Below the pieces are notes generated by a model, which saw only the letters and a list, made by a program, of their open reading frames with translations, did not search any database and was not told the DNA's origin. A DNA stretch of 63,998 nt, the filler included, from Basidiobolus ranarum (Eukaryota): the NCBI GenBank assembly GCA_040143965.1. It is 9 parts of 9 records of this genome, joined end to end, with 100 filler letters (N's around TTAATTAATTAA, not from the genome) between each part and the next. Parts side by side here need not be neighbours in the genome. Positions count along the whole stretch, not along the records: positions 7,234 to 14,360 come from JASJQH010008049.1; positions 14,461 to 21,586 come from JASJQH010008050.1; positions 21,687 to 28,806 come from JASJQH010008051.1; 6 more parts are not named here. One strand, written 5' to 3'. The translations under genes were made by a program, and so were the position numbers. Of this stretch, positions 13,935 through 26,751 are shown piece by piece (the stretch's first letter is position 1; each line of letters begins with the position of its first letter).

Positions 13935-14360
13935 TTATTTTTTCTTGCATTCCACTTTTTCTGCCTTTAACTGATAAGATACACCAGACTGCCAAGTATC
14001 TGCAGCAGGATCAGGTGAATTTCCTAATTTTCTCAGCTCCTCTCTCTCTTTCTTCTTCTCCTCATAAGAAATCTTATATTTCTGCTCCAACTCCTCTAAT
14101 AAGACTGGGTTTACTTGGCCTTCTCCTGTGAAAGCCATCATTAGTTGAGGTGGACCTAGTGGTACACTATCCCCACGATCAATTTGCCACATGTGGATAG
14201 TTTTACCGTAAGTGTTGATGAGGTTCTCCAACGCTTTCTGCTCCATTGCAGTTTCAACGCCACTAGGCACAAAGGACGTTGTGGGTAAAGTTAGCAAACC
14301 CGAACCCACCTCGAATTTGTGAGAGTGCCAGAATTTTTTCTCTTCGTCGGGCAGTTTTTT
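13935..14360 (-). CDS. DUF1264 / oil-body-associated protein (OBAP)-like, 5' truncated
   Basis: LPDEEKKFWHSHKFEVGSGLL...TYGKTIHMWQIDRGDSVPLGPPQLMMAFT...DPAADTWQ matches the DUF1264 family pattern as I recall it. Confidence 0.82.
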   Translation of the reverse strand, partial: KKLPDEEKKFWHSHKFEVGSGLLTLPTTSFVPSGVETAMEQKALENLINTYGKTIHMWQIDRGDSVPLGPPQLMMAFTGEGQVNPVLLEELEQKYKISYEEKKKEREELRKLGNSPDPAADTWQSGVSYQLKAEKVECKKK

Positions 14361-14460
14361 NNNNNNNNNNNNNNNNNNNNNNNNNNNNNNNNNNNNNNNN
14401 NNNNTTAATTAATTAANNNNNNNNNNNNNNNNNNNNNNNNNNNNNNNNNNNNNNNNNNNN
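14361..14460. other. Artificial contig linker
   Basis: N44-TTAATTAATTAA-N44. Confidence 0.99.
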
Positions 14461-15458
14461 GAGACTCTAGACTTCGCATTGTTCGGTGATTTCATACTTA
14501 ATCTTAATATGCTAGAGCGTAAACTTGAAAGCAACGAAGAGCGAGCCAGTGGTTTAACATCGGCAAGAGAATTAAGTATCGGAATCAAGTTATACTCAAT
14601 AGGAGATAACGTTCCTAGGTTATCGCTCAATACGCGAAGAGACATTGGTATTGCGTTGGTTGCAACTAAGTTGAAAGTTAGGAATTCCTGACAATAAACC
14701 AAAGTCCTAGATAATTAAAACATACCAAATTTCACAATGTTCTTTGGTACCCATCCCTTGGGATCCCCGTCTGCTACAAAGACCACCCTACATTTAGTAT
14801 TGTCTTCCGGCTCGGCAAATACACACATTCCCAAGAAATTAACATCCATTCGGAGCACACCTTTCTTCGTTGGGCATTTTTCATGGTCCATACTCTTTCC
14901 AACCATAACATATTTACCATCCTCCAACTTTTTCATAGTCGAAAAAAGTAGAACATCACGGGCCGATATGGGCCAGATAGGTTTAGTTCTTATATATTGA
15001 AAACGAGTAACTGGATCTACAGTTTCGACAATCTCCGCGTTATCGCAAACAACATCCCATTGTTTCCATCTATCTACATTTAACATGTATTCGAAAGCTA
15101 ACTCCGAAGTGCAGTCAAGGCGAGCCACTATTTTATATCCATAGCTCACTTTCGGATCTTGAGATATTTGAATAAAAGGCTCCTCAGTATGATGCAGCAC
15201 TTTCAGAGATTCGTCACTTTCCAAAGAGCTGTCCAAAGATTCAATAAACCGTGACAGCATTCTTTCACACTCTTGCGAATATTTATGCTCAAACACTAGT
15301 GTGAAGATGATTCACGCAATAAGTAACTAGAAAATGATATGAATGATCTAAGAAAAACTCCGCTTACTAAACTCCTCCTCTGACTTTCTGTCTGAAGGAT
15401 CTGAGGGGCTCTCCGGTTGGTTGGGGAGATCTAAAGAAGCTTTCGTGAGCGCAGGCAT
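14461..15458 (-). CDS. START-domain lipid-binding protein, 3' truncated
   Basis: RWKQWD, TKPIWPISARDV and DPKGWVPKNIV motifs of START domains; ATG at 15458, two GT-AG introns, last exon runs into the linker. Confidence 0.85.
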
Positions 15459-18400
15459 GGTACGGATATTTGAAGTCAACAACAAAAAATGTAGGATGAA
15501 GTGTGAGTGGCGTATGAAGACTTAGAGTTAATGTTATACAATCTATGAGTTGATGAAAGGATCGTAGAGCTATGACAAACGTTAAACGAAATTAGAATCT
15601 TCGAGGGTTAAAGTACTATAGATACACCGGACAGGCTATGGATACAAGAAGAACGAGATGTGAATTGTGTTCGAAGTTCAAATTTAGAAACGTAATGTGA
15701 CGATTTTTATACGATATGCCCAAGTATATATCAATTAGGATGAGTAACGATGGAAGATTAAGAGTAAGTGAGGATCCAGTCAGAAGAAAGAATGGTTAGT
15801 AGCTTGGGGAAATATACAAGAGCTGTTGAGCTGCCGTTGAAGAAAAAGATCAGATCAAGCTTTATAAAGGAAGGCTGAAAATCACACCCCAACCAACAGC
15901 TGTACTCAGTGCTTGTCAGGAAATAATGCAGGCGCAACGAGGGGAATTCCCGACGGTTAACTCGTTTCCAGCTGTAATAGGAAAGAATAGTTACACCAAA
16001 CAGTGTTTACAAGCTGCAGTCAATGTCGTAGTAGAATAATAACAATTTCAGAAAATAAAGATTGACAATAAGTTTCTGCTTAAGGCTCTCCGACACGGTG
16101 GTTCTACCTTATTGGCGAAAGGGGTCACAATTCCTTATTATTTTATTGTATGATATATAACATAGCAACTATTATCGAGGTTCTATTCGGAAGAATAAGG
16201 ACAATCCAAATTAGATCCACTTCCTGAATTGTATTTCTCTTCGAGATTAAGAACATAATAATGATTTAAAGGAAGCAGAAGAAACAGTAAAATTGGAATA
16301 TGAGACAACTACGGCCTAGAAAACACATACCATTCCAACTCTTTCTCTAAACTTTCAAACCTCAGCTGCATGAGCCAGGATCTTCAAGTAAGTGATTCAT
16401 CTTGTGCTAATTATGCTTGATCAGAAACCTGTATTGGTGAGCCTAGTGAGGGTAATATCTCCCTCATTATCTCGTCATCGCCCACGCCGAAGTCTCCTCA
16501 TTATTATGGTAATCAACTCAATAGCAGATCGCCATACATGAGTATGGGTCCATGTTTAATATTGAACTTGGACAGCATGAACGGATACATCATTCCGCAA
16601 CCAATGCAAAAACACCAGGGTCATTAATTTTCTATCGGCAGAATTGAACATCAAAACCCTTAAATGGTTAACGTGAAGCATCTTCACTAACAATCCTACT
16701 TGACTGATTGTTGGAATTAGATGCATCATACTATACATCCGTTGTCTATGCGTACTCTGATTCGCAAGCTGAGTTGAAACCTGTATTCGAGTCGAAACAC
16801 AGGGGAATGTCTAGGCTTCTCTTGATATGTGATAATGTAAGGCTGATCAAGACTTACAAAAAACCTGAGGTTTCAGCAGACGATTAATCCAAGGAAATTT
16901 CTCAAAAAGGTAGCAATGTGGGAATATATCACAGTGGCTCAAGACGAGCAAACGATATCATTTGTTGAAAGAAGTCAACTTAAATCTGTATCAATCCGTT
17001 AGTCTTATAGTTCTAATTGCTAGCATCCAATCTTTGATACGTAAACCGAGGCATCTGTAAATGCACGCATATAACTAAGAATGATATATAAGTAAATGCG
17101 TGCAGTAAATAAAAGTATATTCCTCTAGAAATAGCCTTACATCCATAGTATAACCATCTTAGATCCTTGTCGTCCTCCAAGATTGTTCTGAATATCGTCT
17201 GTTGGGTGTGGGATTTTATCTTCCATTGAATCCCAGCTTAGTCTGTCCGCTCCAAAGCTGGAGACATAGTAATGAATATGCATGGGTTATTTTTCTTTGG
17301 AGATTAGTTGAAGTAGGACGAAATTATGGAAGAGAAATGTACCAGCCAAAAAACACAAGAGCAGCATTGCAGATCGTTCTAGCATCTTAATCAACATTTG
17401 AGGTTAATGTCTCAACAGAAGTCTAACTACTCGATGGCAATCGCTATCTAGATGGTGCTAGCAGACTGGATCATAGAAAAGAATTATGACACAGAACCCT
17501 GAGTGATTTATACTATCTTAAGAATCATCTATGATCGAGTGGGCGCCTTTTACTCTAAATACTATGACTGCTGCATTATTATTGTATTTGCCCTGCAAAT
17601 CATCAAATATATGCATATCTCATGACCCTAGCCATAGCGCCATTATGAGCAATCATATATAGCAATCATTGTGGCGATAAATTCGATGGAACTAAGCACC
17701 GAGAACTTACTTCATAGTGAGTAAAACGACACATTCTTCTCTTAACCACATTAGTAACATTTATTCGGCATAAGGTAGTTGTTCACCATGTCTCAAAAAG
17801 AACTTGAAATACTTTCGAGAGGCTAATCAGGCGCGTAAGTAACAAGACCGAAATACCCTCCTGATGAGCCTCAATGATCACCGAAATGAAGCTTAAGTGG
17901 TCTCTCACCGTTTGTATGCCCATTACAGCGTTGGGACTCGGTCAATGTTTACCATTTGACTAGTCTTACTCAATTGTTCGTATTCTAGTGGTACAGAATT
18001 AGCAAATCTGGTGTTTACCATCTAAGATCGTTAGGCTCAGTAATATCTCGTTGGTATTAATGCTAATCAAATAGCTTATTAAGATATAATCAAAGATGTA
18101 TTGTTAACATACACAATTAATCCATTGGAGATAACAACCAAACCCACCAACCACCGATTCTGAACGCGACCAGCGTGACTTGGATTGCTATAAGTCCAGT
18201 CAAATATGTCTTGTCTGATGTGGCCAATGAACCCCATTTCTTCTCCTGGCAATCTCACATTTGCCATTGGTGGTTGTCACAATGGAGGTTGGTGCAGTAG
18301 TTACTCATATATATACTTCAATTGATTTAATTAAAGTGAATGGTTCCTCTTTTGCGCTCTTAGCCTTTTTTACCTGGTATATATTCCTCATCTCACCCTG

Positions 18401-18610
18401 GATCCCTGCTCCAAATATAATTTTGCGCATTATCCTAAAGTGTATATCATCTCTTCTCCCACTTTTGGCTACATTTCTTACACTAACTTTTGTAAAAGAC
18501 TCTGATTTATTTTGTCCCATATTGGTTTTTAGCGCACCAGAGAATAAATCTCATTACGTACTCTTATTTGGATCTTATTCTTAGAGGTGCAAGATTCAGT
18601 TAGAAACGGA

Positions 18611-20936
18611 ATGGACGGTGAACATTCGCTAGTAACAGATTCTCTCGATTTCCAATCTCCTTCTGATACAACTTTTTCGACTACGCTGCCGCCAATCTTA
18701 TCATCTCTTGGGCAATCTAAACCTACTATACCTTCCTTTCTGCCTCCTCCATCTACTCTCTCTGGAATCTCTTCGAATTCTATATCTACCACCTTTGGAG
18801 GCACATCTAATCTTCCTCCATTACGGGATCCTTTGCCAAAATCAGGGGAGGAGGCCAACCAAGCAAGTGTGATTTATAAAACGCAGCCAGATATAGAAGG
18901 TTCGGAGCCGGAAAGTGAATCTCACTCAAAACAACACTCAGGTGTAGATTTGAGTATACTGAATACTGACGAACTTCGTAGGCTTGCCCTGGAATCTAGG
19001 GAGAATTTGGAGTATCTTTCTACAAAAACTCACGAACCATCGCCGGGATCAGCGGATAAAGCCCGTTCCATATGGATCAGCACCTGGTAGTTATTTTTGT
19101 CATGAATAAGCTAAGCATTTCATTAAATGTTTGGTATAAAACATTAGGTTAGTTGACAATTATGAGCCGGCAGACGATCAAAGTGTCTCCAGAGAAGCTT
19201 TATATAGTCGGTATACCACATTTTGCGACAAAACAAGAGTACAGCATGTTAATTCGGCCAGCTTTGGCAAAATCGTACGATCAGTGTTTCCCAATATCAC
19301 TACGCGAAGACTAGGAACTCGCGGACAGTCTAAATATCCTTTTTTTGAAAAATATTCACAAGTTACAATTAGCAACGCTTATTCTGTCAACAAAACTTAA
19401 CTCATTTCAGATACGTATCACTATTGGGGAATCCATGCCAAGCCTTCTAGCGCAACTGCCTCATGGGAAAGGTTTGTAACTAGATCGAAACGAAACAAAT
19501 AAGAGTCATGGATAATATCTAACTACGGTTGATTTGAAGAGAAGTTAGTTCAGAGTCAACAAAGCCAGATCTCGACTTCAAGAGCAATACCTTTCATCTC
19601 ATAGAGTTTGACTGCCTTAATGAGGTAGAGCTTTTCCATACTTTGCCGCCTACTACAGCAATGGACTTTGTGTCGCTATATAGATCTCACTGCCAACAAG
19701 TCTATGAACTTGTCAGTAGCTTGAATTTTAACGAGGTAACATCACTCGCTCTGAGCTCTACATTTGCTAAATAGACCAATCAATATTTATGTCAACACAC
19801 TTAATTCTCTGGTAATCTTCTAATAGGTCTCCACAACTATCAAACAATTTTGGCAAGAACTAGACCCCTTCTATAAAAACCTGGCCAATAGCCCAGAAGT
19901 TCTTTATGTTATAGGAGCAGATGATATGCTACTTTACGATGTTAGTCCAATCCCATTTCATGTATTGGCCTTTATTTACAAACTAATGACTTTATTTCCA
20001 ATAGCATGTTTCCAGACTTCTGTTCACCAATGTTTTGACACCGCTTCCCTTGACTACGATTCAAGCCATTCAGAACTTTGCAAAGGATTATGAAGGTTGG
20101 GTTGTAGCATCACTCTACGGCTATTCTCAATCTCTTTATACGAAAAAACTAGAAGGTGACGCACACATCAAAATCAAGATATGAATTGTTGAAACTTTTT
20201 CTCATTGTTTGTTCCCAGTTGCTCGCACATTCACGGATGTTCTGATGAAACTCTGCTCCCTTAATCACTTGAGTCAATCGGCAGCATCCGTCGTACAGAA
20301 CAAAGATCAAACCTTGCAAATGGTTGCTGATTGGGCTAATGTTGATTTTGAATCATTACGTGATCAGGCGGCCATTGTATGTCACTGCTCCAAGGTTGAT
20401 TTGGTACAGATATGTATGTCATCTATGAAGATACCTCATACTTGTATACGTTCTTATCGTAGCTCTCTTATTTAGTGGAGATCGACATCAGACAGTTGTT
20501 GCAGTCTTCAGCTCAACTTGACCAATGGGTTTGTTGGATTGAAACAATATGCAGTAGGTTCCTAGGGGAGGTAAGTCAACGGGTTTCGATGAAATATAAC
20601 GTACGGAGGATTTCATGTGCTTACTTTTCCACTCATTAAGAGCCTTAACCCAGAAGGAATCGCCAATGTCCAATCGTTTGTGCTGAAATGGTCTTACTTT
20701 GGTTCGCTAATAGCTCGTGATCTTTCCATTCGCAGTGCTCAGAGTTTTGGTAAGTATATTCTAGTGCTTACTCATTCATCGACTGAATGAATCAAACTTC
20801 GCTTTTCTATTTAGGATCTTTCCAAATCTTAAAACTATTCATTGATGATTACGTCTATCATCTGGCGCAGAGGCAAATAGCCCAAGCAACAAGTGGTAGC
20901 AGACCACCATCAACTCGCACTTCTAACCTGCCATGA
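18611..20936 (+). CDS. RFX-family winged-helix transcription factor (multi-exon)
   Basis: Spliced DNA-binding domain WLVDNYE...VSREALYSRY...[35 protein letters not shown]; C-terminal dimerisation region LKWSYFGSLIARDLSIRSAQSFGSFQILKLFIDDY; TGA at 20934-20936. Confidence 0.92.
19334..19414 (+). other. U12-type (minor spliceosome) AT-AC intron in the RFX gene
   Basis: 5' ATATCCTTT, branch-like AACTTAAC ending at 19401, 3' AC at 19413-19414. Removal restores [10 protein letters not shown]; retention hits TAA. Confidence 0.88.
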
Positions 20937-21586
20937 TACAACCACCCCTTAGGGTACCACCCTGATATTTTCTTTACCGTTTAGTTAAGTTTTGTTTGCG
21001 ATTTTGAATATATGCTTTAATAAACTTGGTGAAGGATTGCGTACATGTCATATTTTTCGAACTTCAAAGGCACTGGGGTGATTTAGACCTTTTTTAGTCA
21101 GACGGACAGTATGTTTATTCTGTCTGGTAACTAAACAGTTACTCAATCATTTATTAGATGAGAAGCATTTTCGTTGCTCCGGTGTGTGTATAAATATGTT
21201 CAAATACATGACATCTCGGTTTAAACCTAAATAATATACACATAAATATTAATTCCAGTCGGAATGAAACAGAATCCATTGAAAATAAAATCTAATTAAA
21301 TCGGAGGTATTATAGCATGTTTGCTAAGGATTTCTGCAGAGATTACTCTTAAATGACCACGACATTGAACACACAAGAATAGGATAACTCTTAACTCGCA
21401 ATTTAATATAACGCTATTCGTGGAGCGTCTACAGCCGGCATTAATATTGATATATGGACCTACTTGGTTAAAATCCTAACCAAGTGCTTCTATTGCGAAC
21501 TTCGATATTTTCATCACTCAAGTGTTCAGGGCCAAATCGCTCAAATACACGCTCTATTTTTACCTGGATCTGAAGGCAGCAGTGGC

Positions 21587-21686
21587 NNNNNNNNNNNNNN
21601 NNNNNNNNNNNNNNNNNNNNNNNNNNNNNNTTAATTAATTAANNNNNNNNNNNNNNNNNNNNNNNNNNNNNNNNNNNNNNNNNNNN
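21587..21686. other. Artificial contig linker
   Basis: N44-TTAATTAATTAA-N44. Confidence 0.99.
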
Positions 21687-22600
21687 CTTGGGTATGAAGA
21701 ACTCTATAAAAATATTCAGGAGAATATATCAAAGAGACTAGGGATTTTGAAGGTGACAAATTAGCATTCAAGTGGTAATTGTGTAAAATTTGAGTTACAT
21801 TTTTTGCACATATGTTGATCCATAGTTCTCTGAGATTTTAGCCAATCATGTGCAACTATTTAGCAAGATCTTGAAATTTCTCTCCTGAAACTGAAAAAAT
21901 TGATTAAAATCAAATCTAACTTGATGATTTTATGATGGTAAGTAAATGGTCAATCCCAAATGGATTAAAATTGTGATGGTTTTGCTACAATAACAATCCT
22001 CAAATTTCTGTTAGGGTAATAAGCTTTGGTTTTACTCATTAACCATGAGTTTATGCCTACTTTTTTACATTGTACAGCACCTTGAATAGTCCATGATTAC
22101 CGCTACATGCATCATTTACCTCTATGGTAGTCTTTATCTTCTATGTATCAGTGAATAGTGTGTTTGACTGGCTTGGCTGCAATAGTTTCAATTGGGTTTG
22201 CATATCAAAACATAGAGGATTTGGTCTACAACAGTATTTCTCCACCAATAACTCCATAGCAGACTTCCCAAGAGTAAAACATGTACACACAGCCACCAAA
22301 CACTTTGATAAATGGAGCAAAGCATAAACTGAATACTGTCATAGTTTGATTGGTTTGTGATAGTGTGTGAAAAATAACTTCTCAAATTCTTTCACAAACT
22401 GTATATGAAGCCATCAAATCAGACACAAGCCATTGGTGTCAAATGTATATCTTTGAAATATATTAGTAATATTTAAAAAGAGTTCTCAATTCTTCCGGTA
22501 TAGATAGTGGAAGTCTAAGTGTCACATTTCCACCAGCAATAATTGGCTATTGACACTTTAGAATAACAAATTCCAATTGAAGAATAGAAACACAACCATG
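21687..22600. mobile_element. Degenerate CACTA/En-Spm-like transposon relic
   Basis: 21690-22020 is clearly homologous to 43855-44190. Minus strand ~22240-22420 reads QFVKEFEKLFF...QYSVYALLHLSKCL, matching the transposase relics at 44.8-45.0 and 46.8-46.9 kb. CpG-depleted. Confidence 0.6.
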
Positions 22601-25600
22601 TGTGTTAGACTTGTTGGGTGATGGAGCCTATCCACCCTATGACAGGTATTTGGATTGGTAAAATCAGTTCCTAATATTTAGAAAGTCAGCAGTAATTTAG
22701 TTTTGGGGATAAACATTCAGTAATGAAGATAATATTAGTGCTCAGTTAATGACTAGTTTATCTTCCAAAAAATCAGTCATCCATTTACTTGGCACTTGAT
22801 TACTTCCAGTGTTATAAAACACATAAATAATGCTAACTATATAATTACAGACCTTTCTTACACAAATAGCTACAAGACCTCTAACCTACCTACTTCTTTA
22901 GCTAGGCCAATTTTGGCACTTTTAGTCTATTAAACAAGTGATATTGTGAAGTAAAAGGTTATAGATAGTCAAAAATATTATACTTTCTTTGATCATCAAA
23001 CTTAGGGCCTGTATACTAATTGGATGATTCTAAAGCCATGGATTTTATAAGTGGTAGTAATAAGCCTGTTATGTTAGAGATAACAAATGAGATAGTTAAA
23101 ATAAACTTTAAAAATAGTTTTCACCAAGTTGCATTTAAATAGGAAGCTCTATTGCAAGTAGATTTTCAAAATGGTATCATATGTATTCTAATTAACAACT
23201 GGAGTAGCTAGCTAAGTTATATAAAGTAAAATTGATTCTTCTTGCACACACTGTATAGTTTATATTAAGATTTTTGTTAAAATAAAAAGTAGGAGTCAAT
23301 CTAGACTTTGGGTGAGGCACAGTATATAATTCAGGGAGCTTAAAACAATATTCAACAAGCTGAAGAAAACTGAGCCATAATCTAATTAACAATATCGTCC
23401 TATTAAACTTAAAGTCGTTATCCCATGTCATAGCTGGGATAGTAACACACAGTCCGTGCATATGCCAATAATAAATCTCGAATAATCATATTTCACTTAG
23501 TTCCGTACCTTTCTTACTGGAGTATACATATAAACAATTGATGATGGATTCTCTTCACACTCGTATAGATTTCTAACTCCATGGAATCTTTACCAGTATA
23601 CAGCTGACTACTTTGCATTCAATAGCCAATCTGTCTATACAAATATCCTGTTAGCAAATCACATGTATCACACGAAGAGCATGAAGAGTTTTTGCTAGAG
23701 ATGTTAAATATACATCGAAATAGATACCAAATGTAGTTTTTCCTCACTTGCTCAGAATATGTTCAATTATATACAGATCAGAGTACGTAAACATATTACT
23801 GGAATATTTCAACGGAATTTCATCTCAACTTCAATGTCAGACACCAGCTAGAGGGTGGGCTCACAAATTAGCCTAATGAAGCCACTAATTCCAGCGAATA
23901 AATATTGGAAATTCTTCAATGATCTCTTTACAATATCTTCACTATTCGTTTGCGATATTATGTCTATCCACTTGTTCTTCACAGAAAGCAGCGGACTATG
24001 AAATTCATATTTCATTGGCTCGTCCAACCTTATCGATGGAGATAGGTATATCCAATAGTGGGGTGTAGCTCTTTATGATAAATGAGGTGATTCTTGACTC
24101 CAAATAAACCGTCCGTTTGTATAATGAAATACAAAAACGGTGGAGTCAACGCCTCAGCATGGTAGTGATAGAAGGAATGTTCTAAATGTTCATCTATTTA
24201 ATATGCCTATTTCCAGTACTGGAGACCTTGTGAAATATACTTCTCAACATGGTTCTTCCTTGAAAACAGCCCTTATTTGTATGTGGCATCGGACTTATGA
24301 GACGAGGCCTATGAGTTACTCTCGGTTGGCACATAACGAAAAAGAAACTACCATTATGAGCATAGTTTAGCGACCAAAGTGCGCTGAACCCGTGGATGTT
24401 TGAAGTTACAGTATATACGATTACCAAGCAGTGCCTGTTATGAGCAATAACATTACATACAGGCATCATATATTCTTTCAAAGGAGGCTCGAGTCCAGTT
24501 GAAAGGTTCGCTAAACGTATGCAAATAGATTCCAATGATAAGGAAAAAGAGAGAAAATTGATACTCAAAATGGTCATTGAATTATTTAGAGGTCACCGCA
24601 TCTTAAATGAAACGCAGATCTTTTGGTGTAACTGAAACATGCTGGGTTAGGGTTAGGCATCGTAGGCGTTGTGTGACCTACTGTCGATCGATGGTGCTAC
24701 AACATGTATCACCTTTAGGATGGCCATTCCGCACACGCGTGGTTAGAATACTCAGTTACTAAACTGCTTACTATGGATAGCGTATTTGATGTAGTAACGC
24801 ATAACCATACACTCTGTGTCTTCTAGTGAGTAGACGAGAAATTTTGGTTGAAGCTTATCAGGACTGAGGGAAACAGATATGGCTGATAGAAGTTTATTGG
24901 TAGCATATCTGGACTAACAAAATAGGCTATATTTTCGCTCGTATACGTGGACAGATTTTTAAGGAACAAGCGAAAAGCTTTTCTATTGTTGCTCCGGTGC
25001 ATGTCAGCGATCTTGATTTTGATATACTTTTGTAGTCTTTAATATATAGTGTGTACTATTGGAGGCTTATCTATTCCACGTATCCTCAACAAAGGAGGCA
25101 CAAAAGTGAGACAAGTATTGAGTTCGGAGGCTTAATATGTTGGAATCTATATGCCATGTGTGTGGATAAGATACTCATAGCTAACTTCTGAGTCACGCAT
25201 GCCAATCATTTGTACATAACAAACCACATGTACCGTAGAGCCTGTTACCAACATGGAAAGAAGAGCGCAACAATTCCTATTCCTTCATCAATATTTTCAA
25301 TACAGCATCTTGTTTTCAATGACTTTTTCTACTAAATAGCAGTGAAGATGTTGCATAGCGTGCGTAAATTCACTGAGTAACATAACTAGGTGGTGATTAC
25401 ATCCTGCTGGCAGTTTGATAATGTGTACATGTGTGAAACAACAGTTTGCAGTATTTGGACTCGCAAATACATTTACCAGGTACTATTTCCGATGAATCCC
25501 TGATGAGGTTCTGTAGCCACCGCTTCACACTCTCCCGACTACCATATGGCTACTATTAGGTAATAGTTGCAGTTGGTATGTGAGAATTTGTGGCACATAT

Positions 25601-26751
25601 ATGGCAAGTCTGACGATTTTCAGAACCTCGTCAGCCAATTAGATGGCGAAATCCGGATTGCTGATTATGGCATGATTTCCACCCTTGTAAAGGCAAATCA
25701 TGGAAGTATTCTAATTTTGGTCTGCCAATCAAATATTGGAAGCCCTATGGCTTGATAATAAGCTATGCACTATTCTAGAATCAATCTCCAAAAATATGGA
25801 ATTGGACTTCATTGGCTCGCTCGCTCTTCATATAGGGGTATACGAAAATAGTGGAGTCAATGCCGAAAATGAGATGCTGCTCAAGTGTCGCAAGTAAAAT
25901 GAGCTGCACAGGGCCACATACAATGACTTTGCCATGATGGAGAGAAGATTACTGATATCCATCCATTTTCGCTCGTGGAAAACATCCTACTTTGTGTAGG
26001 CCACTCTTTACGATGTTTCTCCGTGCAAACACTTATTTTGCACTTCATTTATTGAATGACCGACGGCTCTCGGTTGGTATATAGCCATTCTTTATAAGGA
26101 ACGCACTTTATGACCATGGATTGGGGACTGAAGTGCTTTGAGTCGTGCACAGTTGGGGACACATGGGTGTATTATTGACGCACCTGACAATGCTTATTTT
26201 GGTTAACCCATAATATCTCATCAAATGCTGTAAATTAAGAAATGATCGAATATTCTGCTCAAAAGAGGCTCAAATCTGGTTGAATCCCATGCTAAAAGTT
26301 TACGTGCATTCTGATGATAAGATAAAAAGGGACGACAGGCATCCAAAACGGTAATTAGTTGATTGTCTCATCTCGAGTTTTACAATGATATCAGCTTGCC
26401 CGGTAGTAATATCATAACCTAGAAATCATCCGAATATTCGATAAGAAAAGGCAATATTTTTTGTTCATGGTTCAAAATTCACACAAGAAAAGAATGCATT
26501 CCACAATATTAATCAAGAACCTCTTTTGAGATAATATCACAGGAAGGCAGAGTAGTGTATGAATTCAGTTCACCATGGATTGCCGGCACAAATGGAATTG
26601 AGGGATCGCGGTGCTCCTTATTTGTAAATATTGGAATGCCAAAATGGCCAATTTGCTTCAAGAAAGATAGGCTTTAAATGGACACTACTTTATGTCATGG
26701 AATATAAATAACGAGGTACCTGTGAGTGAGTATCAGAGGAGGAACTTAACT

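Noticed and set aside
14409-14702. ORF-track entries running into X residues (also 26692-28854)
   Set aside because: Their ends are produced by the linker; the real genes are simply truncated by contig edges
7234-15458. Apparent lipid-metabolism cluster (G6PD, App1 phosphatase, OBAP, START protein)
   Set aside because: START lies on a different contig across a linker and eIF3b interrupts the rest; no evidence of a real cluster
24644-24658. Telomere-like GGGTTAGGGTTAGG
   Set aside because: Only about two units, internal to a contig; expected by chance
25567-25755. Kinase-like stretch NLVSQLDGEIRIADYG
   Set aside because: No HRD, APE or Gly-loop motifs in frame; insufficient support
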